Assembly: GCA_963845565.1 (NCBI GenBank)
Contig: CAWJSJ010000002.1
Coordinates: 2,336,001 to 2,400,000, forward strand
From: an uncultured Methylomirabilota bacterium
GTDB lineage: Bacteria; Methylomirabilota; Methylomirabilia; Methylomirabilales; 2-02-FULL-66-22
Length of the DNA stretch: 64,000 nucleotides
Reading direction: 5' to 3'
This document shows, piece after piece, positions 46,154 to 55,881 of this stretch (its first letter is position 1; every line of letters begins with the position of its first letter). The translations under genes were made by a program, and so were the position numbers. The notes beneath the pieces are model-generated. The model did no database searches. It saw only the letters and a list, made by a program, of their open reading frames with translations, and was not told the DNA's origin.

Positions 46154-47455
46154 ATGAAGACGATCAGCGTTGGCCTGCTGGGGTTGGGGACGGTCGGGTC
46201 GGGAGTCGTGAAACTGTTCCAAGAGCACCCCGACCTCTTGGATCGGCGCGTGGGCGCGAAGCTCCGCATCCGGAAGATCGCGGTGCGTAGGACTCCCCCC
46301 CGGATTCCCGTCGATCTGAAACTGGTCACCACGGACGCTCTGGATGTCGTCAGGGATCCCCAGATCGACATCGTGGTGGAATTGATCGGCGGGACGGACG
46401 TGGCCAAGACGCTGTGCCTGGAAGCCGTGGCGAACGGGAAGCACCTGGTCACCGCCAACAAGGCGCTCCTGGGCGAACACGGGTTGGAGATCTACCGCGC
46501 GGCGGCCGAGAAGCACGTGGATCTGGGGTTCGAGGCCAGCGTCTGCGGCGCCATTCCCATCATCCGCTCGGTCAAGGAGGGCCTGGTCGCCAACCGGATC
46601 CTCTCCATCATGGGGATCGTGAACGGGACCACCAACTACATTCTGACCAAGATGACGGCGACGGGGGAGGCGTTCGCATCGGTCCTGGCCGAAGCGCAGG
46701 CCAAGGGATATGCCGAGGCGGATCCGACGCTCGATGTGGGCGGGATCGACGCGGCGCACAAACTGCAAATTTTGGCCTCGCTGGCCTACGGCGGCTACAT
46801 CCGGTTCGCCGATATCTACGTTGAGGGAATCCAGAAGATCGAGGCGATCGATATCGAGTTCGCCCGGCAGTTGGGCTATCGCATCAAGCTTCTGGCCATC
46901 GCCAAGGAGGACCAGGGGGAACTGGAGGTCCGGGTACACCCGACGATGATCCCCGAGGCACACCTCTTGGCGTCGGTCGGCGGCGTGTATAACGCCGTGC
47001 ACATCCGCGGCGATTCCTGCGGCTCCCTCATGTTCTCGGGCCGCGGTGCCGGGCAGATGCCGACGGCCTCGTCCGTGGTGGCCGACATCGTGGAGATCGC
47101 CCACAACATCGTGTATCACCGACCCGCCCGCGCGGGGCTGCTCCCGACCGGTGCGGTAGGGTCCGAGATCACGCTGCGGCCGATGGAGCGGATCTCCAGC
47201 CGGTATTATCTCCGGGTCATGGCGCTGGACCAGCCGGGCGTGCTCTCCCGGGTGTCCGGCGTCCTGGGCGAGAACCACATCAGCATCGCCTCCATGATCC
47301 AGAAGGGCCGGGATGAAGCCGCCGCGGTGCCTATCGTGATGCTGACGCACGCCGCGGTGGAGGGGGATATGCGGCGGTCGCTGCAGCGCATCAACGCCCT
47401 GGACGTGATCGCCCAGGACACCGTCTGTATCCGCGTCGAGGGCGCCGAGGAATAG
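46154..47455 (+). CDS. hom: Homoserine dehydrogenase with ACT domain
   Basis: GLGTVGSG, VTANKALL, FEASVCGAIP, NGTTNYIL, GYAEADPT.DV.G.DAAHK. Confidence 0.98.
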   Translation: MKTISVGLLGLGTVGSGVVKLFQEHPDLLDRRVGAKLRIRKIAVRRTPPRIPVDLKLVTTDALDVVRDPQIDIVVELIGGTDVAKTLCLEAVANGKHLVTANKALLGEHGLEIYRAAAEKHVDLGFEASVCGAIPIIRSVKEGLVANRILSIMGIVNGTTNYILTKMTATGEAFASVLAEAQAKGYAEADPTLDVGGIDAAHKLQILASLAYGGYIRFADIYVEGIQKIEAIDIEFARQLGYRIKLLAIAKEDQGELEVRVHPTMIPEAHLLASVGGVYNAVHIRGDSCGSLMFSGRGAGQMPTASSVVADIVEIAHNIVYHRPARAGLLPTGAVGSEITLRPMERISSRYYLRVMALDQPGVLSRVSGVLGENHISIASMIQKGRDEAAAVPIVMLTHAAVEGDMRRSLQRINALDVIAQDTVCIRVEGAEE

Positions 47456-47456
47456 C

Positions 47457-47580
47457 CGGCTGCTGAAAAAGGCCCATCTGCTGCGTTGGACCACTCGCGC
47501 GCTCGTTGCGGCGTACATCCCAGTACGCCTCACTCGGCGCTCCGTGCTCCGCCTTGCATCTGGGCCTTTTTGAGCAGCCT
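47457..47580 (+). mobile_element. MITE-like repeat family A, copy 4
   Basis: CGGCTGCTGAAAAAGGCCCATCT ... GGGCCTTTTTGAGCAGCCT. Confidence 0.75.
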
Positions 47581-47697
47581 GAGTGATTGGGGGCGATTGG
47601 TCGATGAGTCAACGAGTCGATGTGTCGACATGCCAACTCGCTGTTGCGAGTTGACGACTCGACCAATTGACGAATCGACAACGCGGAGGACGCACGT

Positions 47698-48753
47698 ATG
47701 TTATGGCGAGGGTTGATTCACGAGTACCGCCAGTACCTGCCCGTGACGGATGCCACGCCGGTCGTCACGCTGAACGAGGGGAACACGCCGCTCATTCGGG
47801 CGGACCGCCTGCGGCAGCGGTTGGGTTTGAGCTGCGAGGTATACCTCAAGTATGAGGGGCTGAATCCGACCGGGTCGTTCAAGGATCGCGGGATGACGGT
47901 GGCGATCAGCAAGGCTGTGGAGCGCGGCGCGAAGGCCGTCATCTGTGCCTCCACCGGGAACACCTCCGCCTCGGCGGCGGCCTATGCGGCACGGGCGGGG
48001 ATCCGGGCCTTCGTCCTGATCCCGGAAGGAAAGATCGCCCTGGGGAAGCTGGCCCAGGCCATGTTTCACGGCGCGCAGGTCCTGCAGATCCGCGGGAATT
48101 TCGATGACGCCTTGCGGCTCGTCCGGGAGATCTCGGAGAAGCATCCTGTGGTCCTCGTCAATTCCGTGAACCCGGATCGGATCGAGGGGCAGAAGACGGG
48201 GGCCTTCGAGATCTGCGAACAACTGGAGGGTGCGCCGTCCTACCAGTTCATGCCCGTGGGGAACGCCGGCAACATCACGGCGTACTGGCGGGGATACCGG
48301 GAGTACCATCGGATCGGGAAGATTTCTCGCCTGCCGCGGATGATCGGATGGCAGGCCGAGGGCGCGGCGCCCATCGTCCTGGGGCACGTCGTGGAGAAGC
48401 CGGAGACGATCGCGTCCGCCATCCGGATCGGAAACCCGGCGAGCTGGCAGGGGGCGACAGACGCCTTGCAGCAGTCCGAGGGGGCCATCGATGTCGTCTC
48501 CGACGAGGAGATTTTGACCGGGTACGCGCTGCTGGCGCAGACCGAAGGCGTGTTCTGTGAGCCGGCCTCCGCCGCGTCCGTGGCCGGCCTCGTCAAATGG
48601 GTCAAGACCCGCGGATTCACACCACGCGATCGGGTGGTGCTCATCCTGACCGGCCACGGTCTGAAGGACCCCGACACGGCGGTCAAGCGCTCGACCGCGC
48701 CGCTGACGGTGGACGCAGGCATGGGACCCGTGATGGACGCGCTGCAGATGTGA
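47698..48753 (+). CDS. thrC: Threonine synthase
   Basis: [43 protein letters not shown]. Confidence 0.98.
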   Translation: MLWRGLIHEYRQYLPVTDATPVVTLNEGNTPLIRADRLRQRLGLSCEVYLKYEGLNPTGSFKDRGMTVAISKAVERGAKAVICASTGNTSASAAAYAARAGIRAFVLIPEGKIALGKLAQAMFHGAQVLQIRGNFDDALRLVREISEKHPVVLVNSVNPDRIEGQKTGAFEICEQLEGAPSYQFMPVGNAGNITAYWRGYREYHRIGKISRLPRMIGWQAEGAAPIVLGHVVEKPETIASAIRIGNPASWQGATDALQQSEGAIDVVSDEEILTGYALLAQTEGVFCEPASAASVAGLVKWVKTRGFTPRDRVVLILTGHGLKDPDTAVKRSTAPLTVDAGMGPVMDALQM

Positions 48754-48880
48754 ACCGAGCTTTCTCGCCACAAGAGGCACAAAACGCACAAAGGCCTCGA
48801 TCACCTGGGGCTATCGGCGAGGCTACAGGAAGAAACGAATTGACAGATCTGGGTTTTTCTTGCTATCTTCCTCTGCCGAT

Positions 48881-48956
48881 GCGGGAATAGCTCAGCTGGT
48901 AGAGCACAACCTTGCCAAGGTTGGGGTCGCGGGTTCGAATCCCGTTTCCCGCTCCA
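48881..48956 (+). tRNA. tRNA-Gly(GCC)
   Basis: GCGGGAA acceptor stem, TTGCCAA anticodon loop, GTTCGAATC, CCA end. Confidence 0.98.
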
Positions 48957-48964
48957 AAGAAAGC

Positions 48965-49010
48965 AACCCGGGATTGTGGGCGAAACGCCTGCAATCCCGG
49001 GTTTTCTTTT
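48965..49010 (+). terminator. Intrinsic terminator after tRNA-Gly
   Basis: AACCCGGGATTGTGGGCG/CGCCTGCAATCCCGGGTT stem followed by TTCTTTT. Confidence 0.85.
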
Positions 49011-49072
49011 GCGTGCGGTGTGCTGAGTTTTATACCTTGCAAATCTAAACAATGCGTTTGATAATGCACGGT

Positions 49073-50301
49073 ATGAAACGAGCCTACGAAGGGCTGCTAC
49101 AGTCGTATCTGGGGATGTTTCCGTGTGTCGCCGTCATCGGTGTCCGGCAATGTGGCAAGACGACATTGCTCCAGACTCTGCCGGAAGGCTGGCAGTATTT
49201 CGACCTGGAGCGGCGGGCGGATCATGAGGTCGTTTCCCGCGACGCGGATGCGTTCTTTCGCCTCCATTCCCGACGGGTAGCGCTGGATGAAGTCCAGTTG
49301 ACACCAGAGGTGTTCTCTGCGCTTCGGGTGGCGATTGACGAACACCGCGCGGAGAAGGGCCGATTCGTCGTCACCGGCTCCAGCTCGCCGGAGCTGTTGC
49401 GGTCGGTCTCGGAGAGTCTGGCGGGCCGGGTCGGGATCATTGAGCTGGCACCGTTGTCCTGGGAGGAGGCGACGCAGACCTGCGGGCGGGACTCGATCTT
49501 GCGCCGATTGCGGGACCGAAAGGCCAAGCCCGCAGACCTGATCGAGGGGTTGAGGGCGCGCGGGGACGTGGCGCGAGCGCACGAGTTCTGGTTCCGGGGT
49601 GGATTCCCCGAGCCGTGGCTGAATCCGGGGACGAATTCCGCGAGCGCTGGGTGGAGCAATACCTCCAGACCTACCTGTACCGGGACGTGAAGCGCTTCTT
49701 TCCGGGGTTGGACGATGTCCGGTTCCGGCGATTTCTGGCCATGCTGGGCGGGCTGTCGGGGCGGGTGTTGAACAATGCCGAAGTGGCGCGGGCGCTCGCC
49801 GTGTCCCAGCCGACGGTACGGGATTACTTCGAGATCGCGCACGGCACCTTTGTTTGGCGGCGCATCCCCGCTTTCACGCAGGACGTGGTGAAGCGGGTGG
49901 TGAAGCACCCCCGGGGATATTTGCGCGACAGCGGCTTGCTGCACGCGCTCCTGCGCATCCCGGACACCGACGCGCTGTTGAGCCACCCCCAGATGGGCGC
50001 CTCGTGGGAGGGGATGGTGGTGGAGGAAATCCTCCGCCAGTTGAATGCGCTGGGCGTGGGGCATGAGTATTCGTACTACCGCACCGGCGGCGGCGCAGAG
50101 GTGGATCTGATACTCGAAGGTGACTTCGGTCGCGTGGCCGTCGAGATCAAGCACGCCTCCACCGTGAACGCGCGCGAACTGCGGGGCCTCGGCGACTTCG
50201 TCAGGGAGCACAAGGCGCGCCTGGGCCTGGTGGTCACCAACGACTGCGCGGCCCGGCAATACGATGAGAAGCTGCTGGGACTGCCGTTCAACTGGTTGTA
50301 A
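49073..50301 (+). CDS. AAA_14-type ATPase with DUF4143 C-terminus (one frameshift in a G run near 49630)
   Basis: GVRQCGKTT, LDEVQ, VTGSS, GGFPE; second frame holds YLRDSGLL, GASWEG, EVDLI, VEIK. Confidence 0.85.
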
Positions 50302-50403
50302 GCCGTTGTCAAAGAATACGTTGAGCGGAGACATTTCGAAACGGCATAAGGAGCCGTAACGAAATAGAAAAAGAGGTATAGGTTATTTCGTAACGGCTCC
50401 TAA
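50299..50403 (+). repeat. Palindromic repeat family B, copy 1
   Basis: TAAGCCGTTGTCAAAGAAT...AAACGGCATAAGGAGCCGTAACGAAAT...ATTTCGTAACGGCTCCTAA; the first TAA is the ATPase stop codon. Confidence 0.92.
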
Positions 50404-50805
50404 GAATCGGGCTCCCAACCCACACGCGCCGCGGGCGCGTTTATTCGGCCTGCGGAGAAATTCGAACAGGATGCTTCGGGATGACCTGAGATCTTCAGGC
50501 CGCGGCCTCGCTAGCTCCGCGCTTGACACCAATGCGCGCTTGGCATAGCCTTTCCATCGACTTGGTCCCGCATCAACCGGTGTCCCGGCTGGGGCGCTGA
50601 ACACTCACGGCCCATCCGGTCTCCGCGTCCGATACGATCGCGCTCTCTGGTATGCATCGAGGTGCTGCCGGGCTTCTCGGAAGCTGGGCTGGTTCTCCCA
50701 TACGGAGGACGAGCGACGCAGCGGCCCTTTCGATCGGGGACCAGGGGTCCTCGCGGAGCGCCCACACCTGACCGGTCGACCGCGGGCGGGACGAAGGAGC
50801 AGACC

Positions 50806-51189
50806 ATGGCCGAGACATCCGACCGCCGCCGCGCCGCGCGGCTGACCGTTGCGCGGCATCTTCGCGGCTCCGAACTGGAACTCCACCTCGTGCGACTCCT
50901 CGATCTCAGCCCCACGGGCGCGCGCATCGAGCACCTAGAGCCGATGCGCCAGGGGGGGATGTGTCACCTGGATCTCCCGCCCGCCTTTGGACGGGTCCGG
51001 CTCACCGGCCGGGTCGTATGGACCGAAGTCCGCGGGAGCGAACAGACACTGGAGGGTGATCGCCGTTTCCATCACCAGAGCGGCATCGAGTTCGAAGGGC
51101 TCACCCCCGAGCAGCGCGCCGCCTTGGCCACCGCGCTCGAGACGTTGCGAGCGGCGAGCGAGGCGCCGGACCACCCGTCGCTTCGCTGA
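50806..51189 (+). CDS. PilZ domain protein (putative c-di-GMP receptor)
   Basis: AAGGAG SD; RRAAR (RxxxR) and DLSPTG (DxSxxG) motifs, GRVVW, GIEF. Confidence 0.85.
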   Translation: MAETSDRRRAARLTVARHLRGSELELHLVRLLDLSPTGARIEHLEPMRQGGMCHLDLPPAFGRVRLTGRVVWTEVRGSEQTLEGDRRFHHQSGIEFEGLTPEQRAALATALETLRAASEAPDHPSLR

Positions 51190-51319
51190 CGCCCCGCGGC
51201 GCACGGCGAGACGCATTGCACTCATCAACACGCGCGTCACGTGCCGGATCCTTCCGGCCCGCGCCCCAATGATGGTTCAGGTTGACCGCTCTGGCGAGAT
51301 CGCCTATTATGCACGGTGT

Positions 51320-51395
51320 GGCGCGGTACCCAAGTGGTTAAGGGGGAGGTCTGCAAAACCTTTACTCGGCGGTTCGAATCCGCCCCGCGCCTCCA
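51320..51395 (+). tRNA. tRNA-Cys(GCA)
   Basis: GGCGCGG/CCGCGCC acceptor stem, CTGCAAA loop, GTTCGAATC, TCCA end. Confidence 0.97.
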
Positions 51396-51446
51396 AGTAG
51401 TATAGCCTTCAGCTTTCAGCGATCAGCTTCCGGGTGGTTTCTCATC

Positions 51447-51770
51447 TTACCCTTCGGCTGCCCGTCTCCGCACCAACCGGATCTCCAGCGAGCACCCCAC
51501 CGCCTTCGCGTACTTCTTCAAGGTGGCGATCGTCGGGGAGTGTGTGCTCCCCGACAGCGAGGTCTCTAGCCGCGTCACCGCCGGTGCTTTGGTTCCCATC
51601 TTCTTCGCGACCCCGGCCTGGCTCAGCCCCGCCTGTTGCCGGGCGAGGAGGAGTTCCCGCAGCAGCGCGAACTCGGTGTCGAGCTCGGCGTACCCTTTCA
51701 GAAACGTCGGGTCATTTTTCCACCGCTCCACCATCTGGCGATGGGTGAGCCGCGGTGTCTTCCTGGTCAT
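51447..51770 (-). CDS. XRE-family HTH antitoxin (HigA-like)
   Basis: ARQQAGLSQAGVAKKMGTKAPAVTRLE, SPTIATLKKYAKAVG. Confidence 0.88.
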   Translation of the reverse strand: MTRKTPRLTHRQMVERWKNDPTFLKGYAELDTEFALLRELLLARQQAGLSQAGVAKKMGTKAPAVTRLETSLSGSTHSPTIATLKKYAKAVGCSLEIRLVRRRAAEG

Positions 51771-51961
51771 AGCGTACGTACCTCCCGTTGCCGCCGACGG
51801 GCAAGCGCAAGCTCACGTGTGGGCGTTCCTGGCGTCTTCTTGTCGAGGCCGAACTCTTCGAGGAGTTCGGTCAGTCGGGCGTAGGCCGCCCGGATTCCCA
51901 CGGGCAGGGCCTCGATTTCTAGCCGGACCGCCTCGCTGTAGTAGTCGATCGTCCATGGCAT
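51767..51961 (-). pseudogene. RelE/HigB (Gp49-like) toxin with an internal deletion
   Basis: N-terminus WTIDYYSEAV..IEALPVGIRA.Y.RL joined directly to C-terminal KKTPGTP.RELALARRR; only 64 aa. Confidence 0.7.
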
Positions 51962-52321
51962 GATGAATACATAACATATGTGTTATGCCACGACAAGAGA
52001 AACATCTAAGAATGCCGCTTGTCCGGTGTGGTCCATAAGAACTCTACCCCCCAGGATCCACATATGCGGCCTCACGTGTGGTAAGCAGCCCGTGAGATTG
52101 TTAGCGTCGCCATTCGCCTCCGTATGTTGGAACCGTGCTCCGATCGATCGCAGCAGGGGCCTTTGTACTTCTGGCGAGCCGTCCATGCGATGGAGGAAAT
52201 GGGTCGCGGCTCTCAGAGCTTCCGTTTCTGCTCGAGGCGGATAGCCGACCGCCGACTGTTCGTATGCGCCAGTGGACAATCGTCCGCAGGCTGTGGTAGG
52301 TATCATGTCGGCGCATGCGCT

Positions 52322-52408
52322 GCGGGAGTGGCGAAATAGGCAGACGCGCGAGACTTAAAATCTTGTGCGCGAAAGCGCGTGGGGGTTCGATTCCCCCCTC
52401 CCGCACCA
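52322..52408 (+). tRNA. tRNA-Leu(TAA)
   Basis: GCGGGAG/CTCCCGC acceptor stem, CTTAAAA loop, long variable arm, ACCA end. Confidence 0.97.
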
Positions 52409-52757
52409 TTTCTCGTCCGATAGTCACGAGCCCGACCCATCCCGCAGGGATATCCAGCCCGTCGGCCGCCGCTCGAAGGTCCGCCTCGCTTCCTATATTG
52501 TACCGTCGGGAAAGCTATCAGTTTCTGCAGAGTTGCGGAATCGTCCTCCCAACGCGCCTCGCCACCCACTCCCTCGCAACTACTTGGGATTACACGGTTG
52601 CGTGAATCACGAGTCGTGGCCTTTTGTATTTCTGAAAGCTTGGGCACGGTCTATGCTCTGCCTGACTCAGCGTTATCCATCTCCTTCGGAATATTCTAGA
52701 AAAGAACGGGCGAACAACCATCTTCATTAGCCCACAAACAGCCAGGGAGGACAGAGC

Positions 52758-53081
52758 ATGACCAGCGAGATGGCGGGTACACCTCAGGAGCACGTGTTTC
52801 GGTGGATGGAAGAAGGTCCGACTGTCCTCGCGGGTATTCGCTGTATTGTCCAGGAGGACGCCAACCTCAAGAGGATCGTGGAGGCTACCCAGAAGGAATG
52901 CGAGCGACTCCGGCACGAGTGTGAGCAATTACGCGTCGAGGTCAGCCGACTCACAGCCGGGACCGAGCGCCTCCAGAAAGAGCGGGCCGAAACGGCCCAA
53001 TGGTTCACCGCCATGATGAACGAAGCTGCCGCTCGGCTTCGGCGCGAGCATTCGCCCGCCGTGAGCGATGGCCGCCAATAG
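52758..53081 (+). CDS. Hypothetical coiled-coil protein
   Basis: GGGAGGA SD; heptad pattern ECERLRHECEQLRVEVSRL. Confidence 0.65.
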   Translation: MTSEMAGTPQEHVFRWMEEGPTVLAGIRCIVQEDANLKRIVEATQKECERLRHECEQLRVEVSRLTAGTERLQKERAETAQWFTAMMNEAAARLRREHSPAVSDGRQ

Positions 53082-53395
53082 CCGACACGGCGAGCAGGAG
53101 TGACTCCAGCCTGAGCGTCGGGACTCCCCTCTGCGTCCGGCGTTGGCCATGTTCGTACGTCTGGTGGCCACTTGCGCCACCACACTATCCTTCCCGGAGC
53201 CATTTCATGCGGTGGGCGTGCGGGTCGAGCACCATCGCCCCGGACTTGCCGCGACCTCCCTTTAGATTTGACAGGCTTCGGACCGTCCGCTAGCGTTCCG
53301 GGTATCGGGACGGCGGCGATGCGCATCACGGAGGGCTCCGATGCGCTCTGGGTACCCCCTGCCCGAGGGCGGCCATTCGACGGGGAGCGAGACAG

Positions 53396-53653
53396 GTGAC
53401 GGCGCAACGGGAGATCGGCTATACCTGCTGGCCATGCCGGGACGAGGACGGGCGGGTAGCCGTTCCGGCCACGTACCGACTCCTGGTACGAGAGGTCGGT
53501 AAGAAAGTTGGGGACGAGGTCTGGGGATGCGGCGCGCATATCTGCGAGTTGTACGTGCACATCATCAGCCTGGGGAAACCCCTCGACGTGATCGTCCACA
53601 ACATGGCGACCGGCGCGTGCGTGGCCGAAGCACACCCGAGGCAGGCGGGGTGA
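53396..53653 (+). CDS. Small Cys/His-rich hypothetical protein (possible Zn finger)
   Basis: CWPC and CGAH motifs; GGGGAG SD; ends 14 nt before repeat B2. Confidence 0.55.
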   Translation: MTAQREIGYTCWPCRDEDGRVAVPATYRLLVREVGKKVGDEVWGCGAHICELYVHIISLGKPLDVIVHNMATGACVAEAHPRQAG

Positions 53654-53667
53654 GGCCTCACGGCTCC

Positions 53668-53772
53668 TAAGCCGTTGTCAAAGAACAAATTGAGCGGAGA
53701 CATTCCGAAACGGCATAAGGAGCCGTAACGAAATAGAAAGAGATGTCTAGGTTATTTCGTAACGGCTCCTAA
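53668..53772 (+). repeat. Palindromic repeat family B, copy 2
   Basis: Same consensus as copy 1; preceded by an extra right-end fragment ACGGCTCC. Confidence 0.92.
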
Positions 53773-53784
53773 GGCTCGAATGTC

Positions 53785-54312
53785 ATGACACGCGAGCGGG
53801 GTAGCTTCTGGACGTGGGTGGCGAGGCGCTTGGCGACCGCCCGAGACACCCCGATCGTCCTGGACCGGCGCCAAGCGGAGCGCCGACAACAGCTCCAGCC
53901 TCCAGACGAGGAGCGGCGGCTTACGGACCGTCGGCGTCCGGAAAGCAGCGACCTGGGCGAGGTCGGCGGTTTCTTGGAGGCGGGGATTCATCTCCGGGGC
54001 GTCCTGCAGTTCAGCGGCGCACTCCGCGTCGACGGCCATTTCGAGGGGGAGCAGGTTCGCGGCGAGACGCTCGTCATCGGTGAACACGGATTGGTGAACG
54101 CCGAAATCCGGGTTGAGATTCTGCAGGTCAGCGGTCAGGTGCTGGGGGACGTCACTGCGAAGCGGTGGGTTGAACTCCTCGAGTCGAGCACGGTGACCGG
54201 AACTATCCGTACCCCGCGATTGACGATATGGAAGGGGGCCGTCTTCAACGGGACCTGCGACATGCCCGCCGCACATTCCCCGGAGAGCGAAGTTCTCTCA
54301 CGGCCGGCGTGA
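53785..54312 (+). CDS. Bactofilin (polymer-forming cytoskeletal) protein with Arg-rich N-terminal extension
   Basis: GVLQFSGALRVDGHFEG, LVIGEHGLVNAEI, V.G.I..PRLTI.KGAVFNGTCDM. Confidence 0.88.
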   Translation: MTRERGSFWTWVARRLATARDTPIVLDRRQAERRQQLQPPDEERRLTDRRRPESSDLGEVGGFLEAGIHLRGVLQFSGALRVDGHFEGEQVRGETLVIGEHGLVNAEIRVEILQVSGQVLGDVTAKRWVELLESSTVTGTIRTPRLTIWKGAVFNGTCDMPAAHSPESEVLSRPA

Positions 54313-54415
54313 GCCGTTGTCAAAGAATAACTTGACCGGAGAAATCCCGGGAACGGCATAAGGAGCCGTAACGAAATTCCAAAAAGTGGACAAGCTATTT
54401 CGTAACGGCTCCTAA
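54310..54415 (+). repeat. Palindromic repeat family B, copy 3
   Basis: TGAGCCGTTGTCAAAGAAT...ATTTCGTAACGGCTCCTAA; the first TGA is the bactofilin stop codon. Confidence 0.92.
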
Positions 54416-54658
54416 CGACAGGCGACCTCGTGTGGGATGATCAGGTTCGCGGTCATCCCGGCGGGCGTCGGCGGGCGCGCCTGCACGTCTCTGCGTTCAG
54501 CTTCCTCGCTTCGGTCTACGATGAATTGTCCCCTCGCCGATCTTTCCTCGTGAGCACGCTCACTCCGTGCTGCGTATTCCCGTTCATTCCTATTCGGTTA
54601 CACTCCTCGATCTCGCCGGATCGCTAGGAGCCGGGCAGGTCTCTATCCCTTGGCCGGC

Positions 54659-54982
54659 TCAGGCAGCGGGAAGACACCGGGCGAGTGCCTCGGCGGTGAT
54701 GTCGTCGTGCGAGGCGCTCCACACGACCACGCCCCGCCGGAAGACGATGATCTGGGGCGACTCGTGTTCTATGCCTGACCGCGCCGCGATCTGCTGGGAC
54801 ATGGAGCGCTGCGCGCGAACGTCCACGAGATACGCCGGGATCTGTGGGTGCTGAAGGAGGAAAGCTTCGACCTCGCCCAAGGCCGTCACGCACGTAGGTC
54901 AGGTTGGGCTATGCTTGTACAAGAACGCACGCTCCGCGGTGAAGACATTTTCCAGTTCGCGCTCTTCGCTAATGCGCCGCAT
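54659..54982 (-). CDS. YtxJ/BrxC (DUF2847) thioredoxin-fold redoxin, candidate selenoprotein (in-frame TGA at 54899-54901)
   Basis: GGAGAGGGG SD; LYKHSPT-(TGA)-PTC continues in frame to IEHESPQIIVF and WSASHDDIT; 107 aa with readthrough. Confidence 0.8.
54868..54885 (-). promoter_or_regulatory. Putative bacterial SECIS hairpin
   Basis: CGGCCUU-GGGC-GAGGUCG stem-loop; G-led apical loop 20 nt after the UGA. Confidence 0.55.
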
Positions 54983-55533
54983 GATCCCCTCTCCGACATT
55001 GGCCGCGATGGATGTGCTGGTCCGATTTCGGCCTGTGTATTTATCATTCTTTGGGCGAAGTTTCAATCTGTGGAGGCGGCGCGACCTCACGCGCTCACCT
55101 CTTTTCCACAGATGTCCGACCCTGGCCGCTGAGCCACTGTTTGCTGCCCGCCATTACCTGCGCATAGGACCTCCCATCGAGTCCTGCGGTGGAAAAAGTT
55201 CCTGGCAAACTTTACACCGCCCCGGACCACGGATTTCCCGCGAACCACGTGGCTTTTCCGCTTTGACGACCCATAACCTTTTGCGTTTATGGCTCTCTGC
55301 TTATCGCTCCAGGTGACGATCTCAAATGGCACCGTAATTGCCCTGTATGAATCACGACGAAGAAGGGGGTTAGTCAATCCTGACCCCCGGTCGGCCCCAC
55401 CGGGCCCGCAGTCCTGGCCCTGACACGACACAGCGTGAAGGGGAGGGATCGGAGATGCGGGGAGGGCTCCTGGAGAAGGAGTCTCAGGGGCACTGTAACC
55501 CGGATCGTCATCCGGCAAGAAAGGAGGAGCATC

Positions 55534-55779
55534 ATGAAGTACGGTATCGCAATCACGCACCTGATCTTGGTGCTCACCGTGAGTGGCAGCCTGGCCTTCG
55601 CCGCGACGGAGGTTCCTCGGGTGCCGCCGAAAGGCACGGAGGGCCCGGACGTGCGCGCCAGGGTAGAGCCGAAGGGCCAGGAGGGGCCCGATGTCCGACG
55701 CATCCGTGAAACTGATTGCCACGGCGTGGAAGGGCCGGACGTTCGCCACAATGCCAGCGCCTCTTGTTTCACGCTGTAA
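55534..55779 (+). CDS. Small putatively secreted protein with three GxEGPDVR repeats
   Basis: AGGAGGAG SD, signal peptide ending in AFA, three EGPDVR repeats, two Cys. Confidence 0.75.
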   Translation: MKYGIAITHLILVLTVSGSLAFAATEVPRVPPKGTEGPDVRARVEPKGQEGPDVRRIRETDCHGVEGPDVRHNASASCFTL

Positions 55780-55881
55780 GCCGTTGTCAACGAATTAGTT
55801 GAGCGGAGACATTCCGAAACGGCATAAGGAGCCGTAACGAAATAGAAAGAGATGTCTAGGTTATTTCGTAACGGCTCCTAA
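55777..55881 (+). repeat. Palindromic repeat family B, copy 4
   Basis: Near-identical to copy 2; the first TAA is the stop codon of the repeat peptide. Confidence 0.92.

Noticed and set aside
49620..49640. Phase-variable G tract in the AAA ATPase
   Set aside because: The run is only four G, too short for typical phase variation; a homopolymer miscall is simpler.
51978..52306. Short overlapping ORFs between the TA pair and tRNA-Leu
   Set aside because: No SD, motif or consistent codon bias supports any of them.
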